This document shows positions 37,854 to 51,631 of a stretch of 64,000 nt of DNA, one piece after another. The stretch comes from Stegostoma tigrinum. Taxonomy: Eukaryota. Position 1 is the stretch's first letter; every line of letters begins with the position of its first letter. The DNA is taken from the NCBI RefSeq assembly GCF_030684315.1, contig NC_081391.1, positions 13,245,342 through 13,309,341 of the forward strand. The letters run 5' to 3'. The position numbers and the translations under genes were made by a program. Under the pieces are notes generated by a model. The model saw nothing but the letters and a program-made list of their open reading frames with translations. It ran no database searches and had not been told where the DNA came from.

Positions 37854-40800
37854 ATGGCCTCCAAGATCAGTCAGAACTATCACCAGGATTGTGAAGCTGC
37901 TGTCAACAAGCAGATTAATGTGGAGCTCACTGCCTCCTATCTCTATCAGTCTTTGGTGAGTGGTGTCTCTGTTGGGTGAAACATACTTCTGTTCTGTTGA
38001 AGTGAACTCTTCCCCTTGGATGTAATTAAGTTGTCTATCTTATAGACTGAGTTTTGCGGCTCCTACCTCTTTCTCAATGCAGGATGAGTGTGATGTTATT
38101 ATAACAATAGTTTGGTGCCGAATGTTACTCTAACTTGGGTCCCAGTTGGTTGTCAGTGAGATGTGGAGGGTGGAGTGTTCTTGTAGTTACTTGCCTGTCC
38201 CATGATGGTGCTGTGACTGGTGGTAATTATAGCTTCCTGTGGCTGTTTGAAACTTGAGGGAACTAATTTAAAAATGAATTGGGACTCACCATTGTGGGAA
38301 TGGAAGCACCATCAGCTAGTCACTGCTTTTCTTTTCCCTCTTGTATCCTTGTTTCTATTTGAATTTTGTGGGGATCTGAAGTAAACCTGCCAATTGTGAC
38401 TGAGAATCTTGATTTCCTATTGCAATCAGCTTAGAATAGGCTTGTTCTAGCCCTACAGAGCTGGGCCGAGAGGTGGCAAATGGAGTTTAATGCAGGCAAG
38501 TGTGAGGTGATGCTCTTTGGTAGGAGTAACCGGAAGGCAAAGTACAGGGCTAATGGTAAGATTCTTGGTAGTGTAGATGAGCAGAGAGATCTGTGTCGAT
38601 AGGTAGACACGGAATGTTGAAAGTTGCCACCCAGGTTGACAGGGCAATTAAGGCAGTGTTTTGTCTTTTATTAAGAGGATTGAGTTCTGGAACCAAGAGG
38701 TTATGGTGAAGCTGTACAAAACTCTGGTGCATACAGTTCTGGTCACTGCATTATAAGGATGTGAAGCTTTGGAAAGGGTGTAGAGGAGATCTGCTAGGAT
38801 GTTGCCTGGTATGGAGGGAAGATCTTATGAGGAAAGGCTGAGGGGCTTGAGGCTCTCTTCATTAGAGAGAAGAAGGTTGAGAGGTGACTTAATTGAAACA
38901 ATAAAATAATCAGAGGGCTGGATAGAGAGAGCCTTTTTCCTAGATGGTGATGGTGAGCATGAGGTGGGGTAGCTTTAAATTGAGGGCTGATAAATATAGG
39001 ACAGATGTCAGAGGTAGTTTCTTTACTCAATAAGGGAATGCAATACTTTACCTGTGATAGTAGTAGATTTGCCCACTTTAGGTACACTTAAGTCATCATT
39101 GGATAAGCAAATGGGCATACATGGAATAGTGTAGGTTAGATGGGCTTGAGATCAGTATGACAAGTCGGCACAACATCAAGGGCTGAAGGGCCTGCACTTT
39201 GCTGTTATGTTCTATGTTCAGATTAAACTGGGTGAGGTTGTGACTCTTATCTGATTAAGCAGATCTCCTTTTGAGATCTACCTTGCTTTTCTTCATACTC
39301 ATGAGGTGGGTGTGGGCTGTCTGTATGTCAAGTGTTGGAGCTTTTCAAAGGCACAGCACTGCCATGGGGCTGAGAATGTACTGAGGGTACTGACCCAGTG
39401 ACTCTGGTAAAAAGTTTATGCCTGTTGTATTTGGCCTGATTCTAAACTAACTGGACCCTCTTTCCCCAGGTGGGGTGCTTGTGCCCTTCCAAGGGGTAGA
39501 AGGTGTTTATGTAACCTTAGTGTTTGTTGCAGGGTGCTCTCTGGGCTTGTCCCTGTCAGCAGGAAGTCCCCTCCTGATGAGGATCAAGCCCCTGTCAGCC
39601 CCACTTCGGGAGGGGGAACAGCTTTCATTGAGCCAGCAGTTGGGTTTTAATCACTGACCCATTGTCCCAACACACCTTGTAAGCATGTGCCAGGAATGAA
39701 ATCCTTACTATTCTACATCTTCTAACTGCACATTTAAATCGCAAAGATAAATTGTGCTTGTGTGTGCATTTGAGAATTGAAGCAACTTTTTTCAGCAGGA
39801 TTTGTAAGAATGTGCTTGTTACTGGCTGCTTCCAATAGCAGACCTGCTAAACCTCAATACATTGAATTGTGAACATTCTGGTTTAGAAATCTACAGGACT
39901 TTGCCTGTTGGATTAAGTCAACAGTGGTTTTTCCAGGTTAATGAGGGATCTTGTCTGGAGAGTAGTTGATCTGCAGATCACTGTCATACTTGTCATGTGA
40001 TCAGTTTGTTTTGTCAGTCTTTCTTTCATGTGTAATGGTACAAGTTGCTAGCAGTCTGAGTCAGTGCAGCTGTTTTAGATGCAGCAACAAACTGTTGCAG
40101 TAACAATCCAAAGGCTGTCCTTCGGCAGGTTTTCCTTGGCAGATTCTTGGAGCTAACGTCCTTCATTCATCTCCTCATGCCCCCCCCCCCCCAGCCACCC
40201 CAATACTGCAGTTCTTGTCAAACTAATAGATACAGTGCATCCAATTGCATTGATCCTGACTCAGCAGAAAATGTGCTTCTTCCTAGCTGTTAATTGCAGT
40301 GTCTAGGATCTGTTTTCTGGTCTTTGCCAAAGCAGCAATACAGTGCCCTGCAGCTGTTCTATTGGTGTACATCCTGCACTCCAGCCCCTGGCATTTCTTG
40401 AAACCCTATTCAATCAAAGATTTATCCCATTTCTGGTGGAGGTTAATCAGTAAAAACATCAATTCACACTTGTTCTCACCAAATGCTGTGCCAGACCCTC
40501 CTGGGCAATTTGCCAGGAGTTTCAAACCAAAATAAAACACATGGTATTTACAACTTACTGGAGGAAGCTGGGATTGTTTTGATTTTTCCAATTCAACAGC
40601 AATTGCTCAAAACTGGGTTCTGAATTGTTAATGCATCAGGTACTTAACAGCTTATTGTCAGTTTGATTTTGAGAATGCTCAAGTAGCCCTGTAGTTCTGA
40701 ACTGAAATTGGCCCATGACTTGTTAATGGACATTACCTTGTTCTCCCTTCCAGATGTCCTACTTTGACCGGGACGATGTTGCCCTTCCCCATTTTTCCCA

Positions 40801-43026
40801 GTTCTTCAAACATCAGTCTCAGGAGAAGCGGGAACATGCAGAGAAGCTGCTGAAATTCCAGAATCAGCGTGGAGGCGGAGTCTTCCTCCAGGATGTGAAG
40901 GTTGGAGTTGGGTGGGGTGGGGAATGGGATGGTAATGGCTGCTCTTATGGTGTGGTTTCAAGTCAGTGACAAGGTTTTCATTTGAGTCAAAACTTTGTCC
41001 AGCCTGTTTGATCTCCTTTTTGAAGCCAGTGTGGAAAGAAGCCCTTTGGCCCACCATGCCTATGCTGACCCCACAAACACTAACAACATTAATCCCACTT
41101 ACCTGCCCTTGGTCCACAGGCCACTGTCCTGGCACTAAGTACTTGTCCAGCTGGACCCGAAACTGATCTTGAGTCGCAGTCTCCACCACCATCCAACCCT
41201 TTATGTGGTTCATCTCATATTTCAAACAGCCCCTCAGAGGGGTGGGGGTGGGGTGAAGTTTCCTCCAATCCCCTCTAACCTGCTTACTCCACAAACCTGG
41301 TTTCTCTCCTGTCTTGGTGTCTGCCATGGGGAAGACATTCCATCAACTGGCCACTCTCTATTCTTCAATTACATCAGGTCACTCCCTCAGCCGTTCCTGC
41401 TCCACAGAAAATCCCAGCCTATCTAACCTCCAATCAATGGATCTTGGGCAACAGCCTGGGGAACCTCACCAGCTTCCCCCTGCAGTGCCATCCTGTCCAG
41501 GTGACTGGTGAGGCCAAAGAGGAATAATGTGGTGACCAGAAAAACAAACTGAGAAGACTGGTCCCCTTCCTGTTCCACCCCCACCAAACTAATAGAGGTT
41601 GCTTGCCCTCTGTCACTGTTACACCCTGTTGACCTTGTCTGAACTTTGAGGGATCTATGGTTGTGGGCCTTTCTTAACTGTTAGCAGCACAACACACTTT
41701 GCAAACACCTCGCTGTCCCTTGGATGAATTAAATAGCCGTGATGTTTCTGATCATCCTGCTCAGGCATGTATGAAGCCACCAGCACAAGTGGTACTTGAA
41801 CCTTGGCCTTGTCAGCCAGAGACAGGGGCACTACCACTGTACCATGACAGCATTTAGGATTCACTTGTGAATATCCTCGCAATTCCATCAGATGGACCCT
41901 GATGCAAATCTTGTCATTATCCCCCACAATGACCTGTTATTCACCTTCCTCCTTCAGATCAAGGACCGACAGGCAAGGTGAAAGCAATTCTGAAGGAACT
42001 GTTCTTCAGCTGTGCTCCAGGGCTGCCTCAGGGGCTAGCAGTGTTCTCAGTGCTAGGGACGCAGGTCTGGATCTGGCCTCTGGTGAGGGACTGGTGTTGA
42101 CATGTCCTCCCCATGTCTGCGTTGGTGTCCTCATAGTATAAGAGGATTGGCCATCTGAAATGCAGGGTTACAGGAATAGGGTGGGAGAAGGACGAGTTGG
42201 GATCCTCTTCAGAGCAGTTACAGACTGATCCACGTTGTAGAGATTCTGAAGCTTAACTGTCCTTCTTTTCCCTCCTCCAGAAGCCAGAGAGGGATGAGTG
42301 GGGTAACAGCCTGCAGGCAATGCAGGTTGCCCTGGATCTGGAGAAGAATGTGAACCAGAGTTTGTTGGATCTACACCAAGTCGCCACAGCCCAGACTGAC
42401 CCTCATGTAAGCTTCACCTCCTCATTGACTTCACTGCTAGGCCCTCAGGGCAACACCTTCATTGGTTGGTCTTTTGTGGATTAGAAATTCAGTTAGACTT
42501 TGTTTTTGTGCAGATGACATGGATCACTTCAGATCCATAGTGATTACAAAATCATTGCTGAGCAGTTGACTCCAAGTATGTATTTTAACTTGTAAACCTG
42601 TGGGGAGGACTGAGGCGATATTGGTGACTGAATTCTCATTCAGGGCCACTGCAGTGGAATGACTTTTATCCATCACAAGTCAACTCTGCTCCAGTAAATA
42701 AACAGCAAGATGAAGCAGCTAAAAAGCAGTTGTCCTCTTTGCACAATTTCTCCAGGCGTTGGCTCTAGTCATCCCTGACAATCTCCCTCCATATGCATGT
42801 TTTTCAGTGGGGATTCTGACGTTTTCTTGGATAGTGTTAATGTACCAAGTGTCATATTCCTCTGTTGCAGCTGTGTGACTTCCTGGAGACCCACTATTTG
42901 GATGAGGAGGTGAGGATCATCAAGCAACTTGGGGACTACATCACCAACCTGAAGCGCCTGGGAGCCCCTGAGAATGGGATGGGAGAGTACCTGTTTGACA
43001 GGCTCTCCCTGGAGGACAGCAGTTAG
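37854..43026 (+). CDS. Ferritin subunit (L/M-like, 176 aa), copy F, intact 4-exon gene
   Basis: Exons 37854-37955, 40754-40900, 42281-42406 and 42871-43026, GT-AG and with no stops. Variants are MASK, GGGVFL and VRII. AATAAA at 43153-43158. Confidence 0.92.
38453..39219 (+). mobile_element. 5'-truncated CR1 LINE in intron 1 of copy F
   Basis: Paralog of 12504-13299, ending in tgttctatgtt. Confidence 0.9.
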
Positions 43027-45549
43027 TGTGGCCTGGAGTACTGTCTGCTTGTCTGAATGCATTCCCCACTTCACCCTGGCCAATCTGTCTCTCTCCAGGG
43101 AGAAAGGACTTTGAGCAAAGAATGTAATGGCTGTACCAGCCGAATGGAAATGAATAAAATGATCTCTTGATCTCAGTTACTGTGCATCATTTTGAGACCA
43201 CTGATACCTCTTTGGTCAAGCAAGCTTTCTTGCCTCACTTCACCACTGCTTTTCCCCAAACCCCTGTGGACAGACTCCAGGCCTATGGGAGCCAGTTGGG
43301 GTTCAAATGGGGCCTGTGACTGACCCTGATGACAACCATCAACTGGTGGCCCTGCTGACCAGTTCACTTTGTCACTGAAGTCTGCTGCTCCTCCCAGGGG
43401 ACCTTGGGTTTTCTAAACTTTCTTGGTTCACTGCATAGATTTGTTTTTCCCCCAGAAGGAATCCAAAATTCCTTCAAGTGGCTTCCTCAGTTTGTTGCTT
43501 TCTTTCCTCCGCCCAGGGCTCAGGCCCTCCCCATAACTGGAAGTCCACCAGCCCTGAGCTGGGGGAAATTCAGCCCAAACATTCTGAACAGTCACATTCC
43601 AGAGAATCATCTCCAGATTCTCTGGGGCTACTTGATTGATAGTGGATGCTCTTTATACCATAAATACAAGGATTGGTGACCTGGGGCTTGGATGATTGCC
43701 CATGGTTCAAAATACTCACATTTGGTTTATGCTTGCAGCTACAACTGGCCTCTGGCTGTTGAAGGGTTTGTACAAAAAGCTGCTACCTTGGTTCTTGGAA
43801 CCTTTCCATGGGCTGATGAAATTTTTTTTGACCCAGTGAGGGAGCAGGGATTTCTGGGGAAGATGGGGGCTGTCTCCTTCAGTCAAGATGCCTGGACATG
43901 CTGACTTTGCCTTACAGCTGTTTCCTTGATCATTCAAGGTGTCTGATCATGGGTTAGGGAGGGTGTGATCAGAGACAGCCCGGAGATTATCTTGAGTTTT
44001 GGCACAAGTGCACACTGTAGCCTTAGGAAGAGTGTGGGTCATTAAGGTACTGAATAGATTTGTTCCATCACAAAAATCGTTGTTGTTTGGCCCAGTCTCT
44101 ATCCTTGGTGATAGAATCCCTGCTCTCTGGCAAGAGGCCATTTGACCCAGGTAGCATCAACCTTCTGACCAGAATCCTGCTCAGTCCCACCCCAGTCCTT
44201 TAACCCTGTGTCTTCCCCATGGCTAATCCAGCTTGCCCCTTGTCAATATCACCAACTTAGCATTGCCTATCCACTTGACCAGCAAATAGTTCAGATGGTG
44301 GGTGGGAAACCAAACAGACACTGTAAATGTACAAACTCCCCAGGGTGCCCTAAGGCTGTAATAAATCCCATGTCGCTGTGAGGTAAGTGTTCGCTACTGA
44401 GACACTGTCTCACCCGAAAGTACCGAACAAAGGAATATGCTGTTGCATACTGTCAGAGTCCTACAGCAGAGATACAGGTTGTTTGGCTCAAACCGTCCAG
44501 GTCGAGCAGTGTTCCAAATCTGAACTAGTTGTGTTTGCCCCATATCCCTCAACCAGTCCTTTCCCTGGAAATCACCAAATGTCTTTTAACAACTGCAATT
44601 GCACCTACTTCTCGTGCTTTATGTAGCCACTCATTCTTGACATAAACCATTTTCTGTGGGGCAAAGCTGTTCTTCAGCTTCCCTCCCTCTCCACCCCCCT
44701 CCCCCCCCCCCCAAACTCCACATGCCTGTGTGTGAAAACATTACCCCTACCACCCCTAGTTTTGGACTCCACGACCCTGTCCCAGCATGCTTACTGTATG
44801 CAGTCAATCGTGAGTCTGCCAAGGGCAAGGCCACATTTAGTGCTCAGCAAGTGTTACACTTCAGGAGGTGGTGATGAGCTGGTCATTACAGTCCACCTGG
44901 TGTAGGAGAGACCGGAATGATAATGCTGCCGAGGAAGGGCTTCTGGGATTTTCATTCGCAAACAGGAATATTTTCCCAAGTCAGGATGGTGACAGACTTA
45001 CATGGAGCTGCTTGCATGTTGTTGGTGCTGCCTCCAGCCAGAACATTGAAAACTGTTCCAGCATTACTCACTCCTAACTTCAGTCTTATTGATGGTGGGC
45101 CGGCTTTGGAAAGTTAGAAGTTGCGTAATCACAACAGAATTCCCTGCCTCTGACTTCCCAATTTTTGAGTTGTTCACTCTACAGAATGCAATGAAAACTG
45201 TAACAGATACTGTCACCTTGGAAACATGCTGGCGTTAAGCGCTGATTCAACTTCAACAATGTAAAACCAAACATGGAGACAGAAATGTTCAACGTGCGAT
45301 ACATTTCTAGCAGCAGCTGAGACACAGAACCCTGAGGCCTACTGTGTATAAGAGGCACTCAGCACATTTAGCATCTTGCTTTTCAAACTGGGCTTCATGC
45401 GACCCTAAGTCACCCTGATCACAGCAGATTCAGAATGGATCTACAAAGGACATCGGTTGCCTGTATCAGACGATCCAAAAGCACGTTATTCTGTCGCTGC
45501 ACAGAAATAGGAAAATGTTCATATCAACCAAATCAGGGCATTTTACAAA

Positions 45550-47012
45550 GATGAGGATTGCAAATGTCATTCCCCTGTTCAGAGGATAGCAAATGTGGTT
45601 CCCCTGTGCAAGAAGGGGAGTAGAGACAACCCTGGTAATTGTAGACCAGTCAGCCTTACCTCAGTTGTTGGGAAAGTGTTGAAAAAGGTTATAAGGGATA
45701 GGATTTATAATTATCTAGAAAAGAATAAATTGGTTAGGGATAGTCAGCACGGTTTTGTGAAGGGAAGGTCGTGCCTCACAAACCTTATTGAGTTCTTTCA
45801 GAAGGTGAGCAAACAGGTATTTGAGAGTAAACCGGTTGATGTGGTGCATATGGATTTCAGCAAGTCGTTCGATTAGGTTCGCCACAGTCGGCTATTGTAC
45901 AAAATGCGGAGGAATGGAATTGTGGGAGATATAGCAGTTTGGATCGGAAATTGGCTTGCTGAAAGAAGACAGAGGGTGGTAGTTGATGGGAAATGTTCAT
46001 CCTGGAGACCAGTTACTAGTGGTGTACTGCAAGGGTCGGTGTTGGGTCCACTGCTGTTTGTCATTTTTATAAATGACCTGGATGAGTTTGTAGAAGGATG
46101 GGTTAGTAAATTTGCAGACGACACTAAGGTCAGTGGAGTTGTGGATAGTGACGAAGGTAGCTGTAGGTCGCAGAGAGACATAGATAAGCTGCAGAGCTGG
46201 GCTGAGAAGTGGCAAATGGAGTTTAATGCAGACAGGTGTGAGGTGATGCACTTTTGTAGGAGTAACTGGAAGGCAAAGTACAGGGCTAATGGTAAGATTC
46301 TTGGTGGTGTAGATGAGCAGAGAGATCTCGGTGTCCATGTACACAGATCCTTGAAAGTTGCCACCCAGGTTGACAGGGTGGTTGAGAAGGCATACAATGT
46401 TTTGGCTTTTATTAATAGAGGGATTGAGTTCCAGAACCAAGAGGTTATGGCGAAGCTGTACAAAACTCTGGTTAGGCCGCACTTGGAGTATTGTGTACAG
46501 TTCTGGTCACCCCATTATAAGAAGAATGTAGAAGCTTTGGAAAGGGTGCAGAGGAGATTTACTAGGATGTTGCCTGGTATGGAGGGAAGGTCTTAAGAGG
46601 AAATGCTGAGGGACTTGAGGCTGTTTTCATTCGAGAGAAGAAGGCTGAGAGGTGACTTAATTGAAACATATGAAATAATTCGAGGGTTGGATAAGGAGAG
46701 CCTTTTTCCTAGGATGGTGACAGCGAGCACGAGGGGGCATTGCTTTAAATTGAGGTGTGAACGATATAGGACAGATTTCAGAGGTAGTTTCTCTACTCAG
46801 AGTAGTGAGGGAATGGAACGCTTTGCCTGCAACGGTCGTAGATTCGCCAACTTTAGGTACATTTGAGTCGTCATTGGACGAGCATCTGGACGTACATGGA
46901 ATAGTGTAGGTTAGATGGGCTTCATATCGGTATGACTGGTCGGCACAACATCGAGGGCCGAAGGGCCTGTACTGTGCTGTAATGTTCTATGTTTTATGTT
47001 CTATATTCTATG
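45550..47012 (+). mobile_element. 5'-truncated CR1 LINE (RT domain), upstream of copy G
   Basis: ORFs 45595-45876 and 45895-46596 carry QGSVLGPLLFVIFINDL and SKFADDTK motifs, with stops. (TTCTATG)n-like tail. Paralog of 19611-21063. Confidence 0.95.
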
Positions 47013-47195
47013 GCTCCAACACCAATGTTCAAAAGTTATGACGACTATTCCCTCAGATTAACAATCCGACGAAATTGTGCAAATCTGTGATGACTGAGTC
47101 TTAACGCACAACCTCAGATACACAAGTGAAGGTTTAGAGTATATTTTATTGTCATTTTCTGGCAAATACATTTACAGAATGTGCACTTGTACAGG

Positions 47196-47382
47196 AGGTC
47201 AAAGCTCATTCAGCAATTCCATCATCGACCAGTTGTCAACTGTGTTTCGTTTCTGGATCCAGTTCCCATCCTGCACTGATTGGACGTGGCAGCTGATCAA
47301 CTGATCATCAAGAGTGATTGGCCATCACTGATGATGTCATTTCCTGCTTCATAAAAAGAGGGTCTGCCCCTGGGGTATAAAT
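47196..47382 (+). promoter_or_regulatory. Core promoter of ferritin copy G
   Basis: DR1 variant AGGTCAAAGCTCA 47196-47208, ATTGG x2, TGATGTCA, TATAAAT 47376-47382. Confidence 0.7.
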
Positions 47383-47468
47383 CGAGTCCCACGGGAATGA
47401 TGTTGATTGTTCTTCCTAATTTTGTTATTTTGGTGGTGAGGAGAATAAAAGAAATTTATTGTCACAAG

Positions 47469-50400
47469 ATGGCCTCCCAGATCAGTCAGAACTATCACCA
47501 GGATTGTGAAGCTGCTGTCAACAAGCAGATTAATGTGGAGCTCACTGCCTCCTATCTCTATCAGTCTTTGGTGAGTGCTGTCTCTCGGGGTTAAACATAT
47601 AAATCTGTTCTGTTGAAGTAAATTCTTTGCCTGGCCTCTAGTGAAGCTGACAATCTAGTAGATTGAGGTTTTGTGGCTCCTACCTAAATATCAGTTCAGG
47701 ATAGAGGTGATGTTACTATCACGATGGTGTAGGATACTGATGTATGTTAACTCAGGTCCCAGTTGGCCTTCAGTGGTATCTGGAGGGTAAAAGCCTCTTG
47801 CTTTTTTTTTCTTTCTGACACAAGTTTCCTGACTTCATTTGCCTGATCTCTGTGGTGGTCCTAAACAAACATGCTGATTTTTTTTAACACTGACAATAAC
47901 AATAGCTTCCCTGTTGCAGTGGCCCTTGTTAGTCTGAACAAACCTGAGGCTAGTCTGTGACTGGTATCTATTTTATGTGGATCTCCTTCATTGAGGCTGA
48001 CTTGGCTTTACTTGTATTTATTGAAGATGTGGGTGTGGCCTATCCCGTCCCTACTGAGAGTTGATCTGCCGTGTGTGAGAAATGTTGGATCCCCTCTCTG
48101 CCCCCTCTCCTCCCCACCCCACCCCACACTGGGGCTGCGGGAATGTGCTGAGGCTATTAGCCCAGTGACATTGAAGAAATGGAGGTTGTTCCCATATCAT
48201 TTAGCTTGACCTAAAACAAAATGTCCCCTCTATCCCGGTGGTGATGTGACTGTGCCCTTCCAAGGAGTAGAATGTGCTTGGAAGGTATGTGTTGAAGTAA
48301 CCTTGGTGAGTGCTGCAGGGGACCTGGTAGGTAATGGACCCTGAAAGGAGGTGGTGAATGCAGTCCCCATGAAGTGGGCTGCCCTGTCCTGGATGGTGTC
48401 TGCTTCTTGCATGTTGTAGTTCCCCTTCTACAGACACATGGGGAATATTCATCTCTCTCTGGGCTTGTGCCTATTGGAAGGAAGTTGTCTTGTAATGAGG
48501 ACTAAGTCCCTATAAGCCTCACTTGGGAGGTGGGACTGCTTTATTGGTGAGCCAGTTGGTGGGGTTTTATCACTGTGTCCCAACTCTATTGGCACATGCT
48601 TCCCAAGGATAAAATCCCGACTATCTTCTGCCACAACTTGTAACTACCCACTGAAACCACAGATATTTGCTTGCCTGACTGTGGTTTTTGGATTTGAGGA
48701 TTAAAGTAACTTTTCAGGAGTCCTTCCCCAGAATGTAATTCTTAGCTGATGCTTCCAATAGCGAGCATTAGCTCTTAAACCCTTACATCGAATTGTGAAC
48801 ATGACAGTTTAGATATGAGTCACATGGGCTGAAAACCTACAGGATTTTTTGCCTGTTTGGGCAAAGTCAGGGCAAGTGTTTTTCCAGGTTACTGTTTTCA
48901 CTAGTGACGTTATGTACAGGCCACTAATATTTGACATTTGATCATTTGTTTTGCAATTTGTTTCAGTCATGTGACTTAGTGCAAGTTTTTGACAGCCTGA
49001 GTTTGCACTATTTAGGCAGAGCAATAACCCACTGCTGCAACGATCCAAAGGCTGTTACTGGGCAGGCTTTCCTCGGCATTATCTTAGTGCCAAACTCCAT
49101 ACTGGAGACAGCACACCTTTGTAGAGTTCATGTGTACACTTACATCACAATCTCATTGATCCTGGATTTGCAGAAAACATGCTCCCTACCAGTCGTTGAC
49201 TACAGCAGGGTTTCAACATCTTTTTTCCAGTTTTCCCCAAAGGCAAAACATAGTACCTTGCATCTTGTAGTTGAGGACTGGAATGGGGAGTGAGCCAGTG
49301 ATGTCTGATGTAATTTTAACTTGATCTTCCAGATGTCCTACTTTGACCAGGACGATGTTGCCCTCGCCCATTTCTCCCGGTTCTTCAAAGATCAGTCCCA
49401 GGAGAAGCGGGAACATGCAGAAAAGCTGCTGAAATTCCAGAATCAGCGTGGAGGCCGAGTCCTCCTCCAGGATGTGAAGGTTGGGGTTGGGTGGTGGGGG
49501 AGTGCAGGGGGGAATGGCTGCTCTTGCGGTGTCATCTCCAGTGACAAGATTTTCAGATCCTGAGCGAGTGTGTAAGTTCTTTTGCTTGGCTTCCCTGTTT
49601 GCTCTCCTCCATCTCCAGTGTTTCAGCATTTATGCAAGCCCTCTGGTCCACCAGGCCTATGCTGACCCAGCAAAGACCGAACTGTACTCACCCTGTTCTT
49701 GGTCCAGGCCCTACTATACCCTAGTGTTTAGCACTCGCCCAGCTAGTCCTTTAAACAGTGCTGCAGTAGCCATTTCCAGCACTTCGTTCCTCCGTTCCCC
49801 AACACACCCACCAAATTTCCTCCAATCCCCTCTATCCTGCTTCCTCAAACCTGTGCCCTCTGGTCTTCGTGTCTGCCATGGGGAAGACATTTTCCCCATC
49901 TACTGTCCAGACTTCCTTGTCTTCCATCAAACAACCACCTCAGCCTCACCTGCTCAAAGGAAAACCCCCAGCCCATCCAATCTCTCTCCTCAATGGATTT
50001 TCTGTCTTGGGGAAACAACCTGGGGACCCTCACCAGCACCCCCTGCAGTACCATCCTGTCCTTCTGACCAGTGAGGCCAACGATAGAATGCAGCAGAGAC
50101 CGGAAGAACAATTTTCATAAAATGTGTTCAAAGGACTTGTCCCTGTGCTGTTCCTCACAACCCTGCCCCAAACTAACACATGTTACTTGGCCTATGTTCC
50201 CTTTCACACACAGTTTGCCTTGTGTGAGCATTGAGGGATCGATGATCCTGTGTTTATTGTAAGCACATTACTGCCCCCGACAATGAATTCAAGTCATGAT
50301 GGTTCTGACCATGCTGCTCGGGCATGTATGAGGCCACAAGCACAAGTGAGACTTGAACCTCAGCCTTGTCAACTGGAGCTTGGGACATGACCGCTACTTC

Positions 50401-51631
50401 CCCCACAGCCCGTGGGATTCACTCCTGAATATCCTTTTTAAGACTCCAGCTGATGGACACTGGTGCAAATGACTAATCTGGTACATATTTATTCCCTGTG
50501 GTACAAGGATACGTTCCTGAGCTTCCGGCTTCAGGTCAAGGATAAATGGGGCAAGGTGAAAGGAGTCACCAAGTAGCTAATGCTTTCTTTATCTGGACTT
50601 CAGGGATGGCACAGTGGCTCAGTGGTTGGCACTGTTGACACAGTGCCAGGGGCACCAGTTTGGTTCTGGCCTGTGACGAGAATTTAAACGTTATCCCAAA
50701 GCATGGCTTCCCCACGCAGTAGAAAAGAGGATTGGCAACTTGAAATGCAGGTTACACGAACAGGGTGGGAATGGGACCAGATGGGATGCTCTTCAGCAGT
50801 TATGGTCTCAATGGGGTGAATGGCCAGCTCCCATGCTGCAGGGATTCTGTTTCTGAAGCTTACCTGTCCTTCTCTCCATCCCCAGAAGCCAGAGAGGGAT
50901 GAGTGGGGTAACAGCCTGCAGGCAATGCAGGTTGCCCTGGATCTGGAGAAGAATGTGAACCAGAGTTTGCTGGATCTACACCAACTCGCCACAGCCCAGA
51001 CTGACCCTCATGTAAGCTTCACCTCCTCATTCACATCACTGCTAGACTCTCAGGGTCATGTTTCATTGGTTGGTCTGTGTGGATTGGAAATTCACTGATG
51101 TAACACTTTCCATCCATTACTTTCCTGAACTATTGTAACATTGATCACTTGGGATCATACTGATTACAATGAGTTAAAAGGGGAATTTGATCTCTAATCT
51201 AGTGGAAGTGCTGAAATGACGTTGGCCATTGAGTTCTTCATTCGTATCATTGCAGTGGAATGATCATTGTCCATCACAATCCAACTCAGCTCCATTTCAC
51301 AAACAGCAAGATGGAGCAGCTGACATGTTGTCCTCACTGGCACAAATTCTCCAGGTGTTAGCTCGCTTTTCAGGGCTGTCCAGAGCTAGTCATGGCTAAG
51401 TCTGTCTTGCAGTGGGAATTCTGAAATTGTCTTGGATAGTATAAATGTACCAAGTGTCATATTCCTCTGTTGCAGCTGTGTGACTTCCTGGAGACTCACT
51501 ATTTGGATGAGGAGGTGGAGATCATCAAGCAACTCGGGGACTACATCACCAACCTGAAGCGCCTGGGAGCCCCTGAGAATGGGATGGGAGAGTACCTGTT
51601 TGACAGGCTCTCCCTGGAGGACAGCAGTTAG
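47469..51631 (+). CDS. Ferritin subunit (L/M-like, 176 aa), copy G, intact 4-exon gene
   Basis: Exons 47469-47570, 49333-49479, 50886-51011 and 51476-51631, GT-AG and with no stops. The polyA signal is the variant AATGAA (51750), with ATTAAA at 51798. Confidence 0.94.
50603..50838 (+). mobile_element. tRNA-derived SINE (HE1-like) in intron 2 of copy G
   Basis: Head gggatggcacagtggctcagtggttggcactg with an A-box-like motif. Confidence 0.7.

Larger units (their letters stand above)
34375..47360 (+). repeat. Segmental duplication unit 2 (paralogous to ~8439-21410)
   Basis: Colinear, near-identical to unit 1, including both CR1 insertions. Confidence 0.85.

Noticed and set aside
45595-46866. 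Reverse transcriptase ORFs as an active gene
   Set aside because: They belong to a 5'-truncated CR1 with stop codons and no endonuclease or ORF1.
49481-50074. 197-aa intronic ORF in copy G
   Set aside because: It has a non-ATG start, overlaps decayed CR1 3' sequence in intron 2, and is not open in paralogs.
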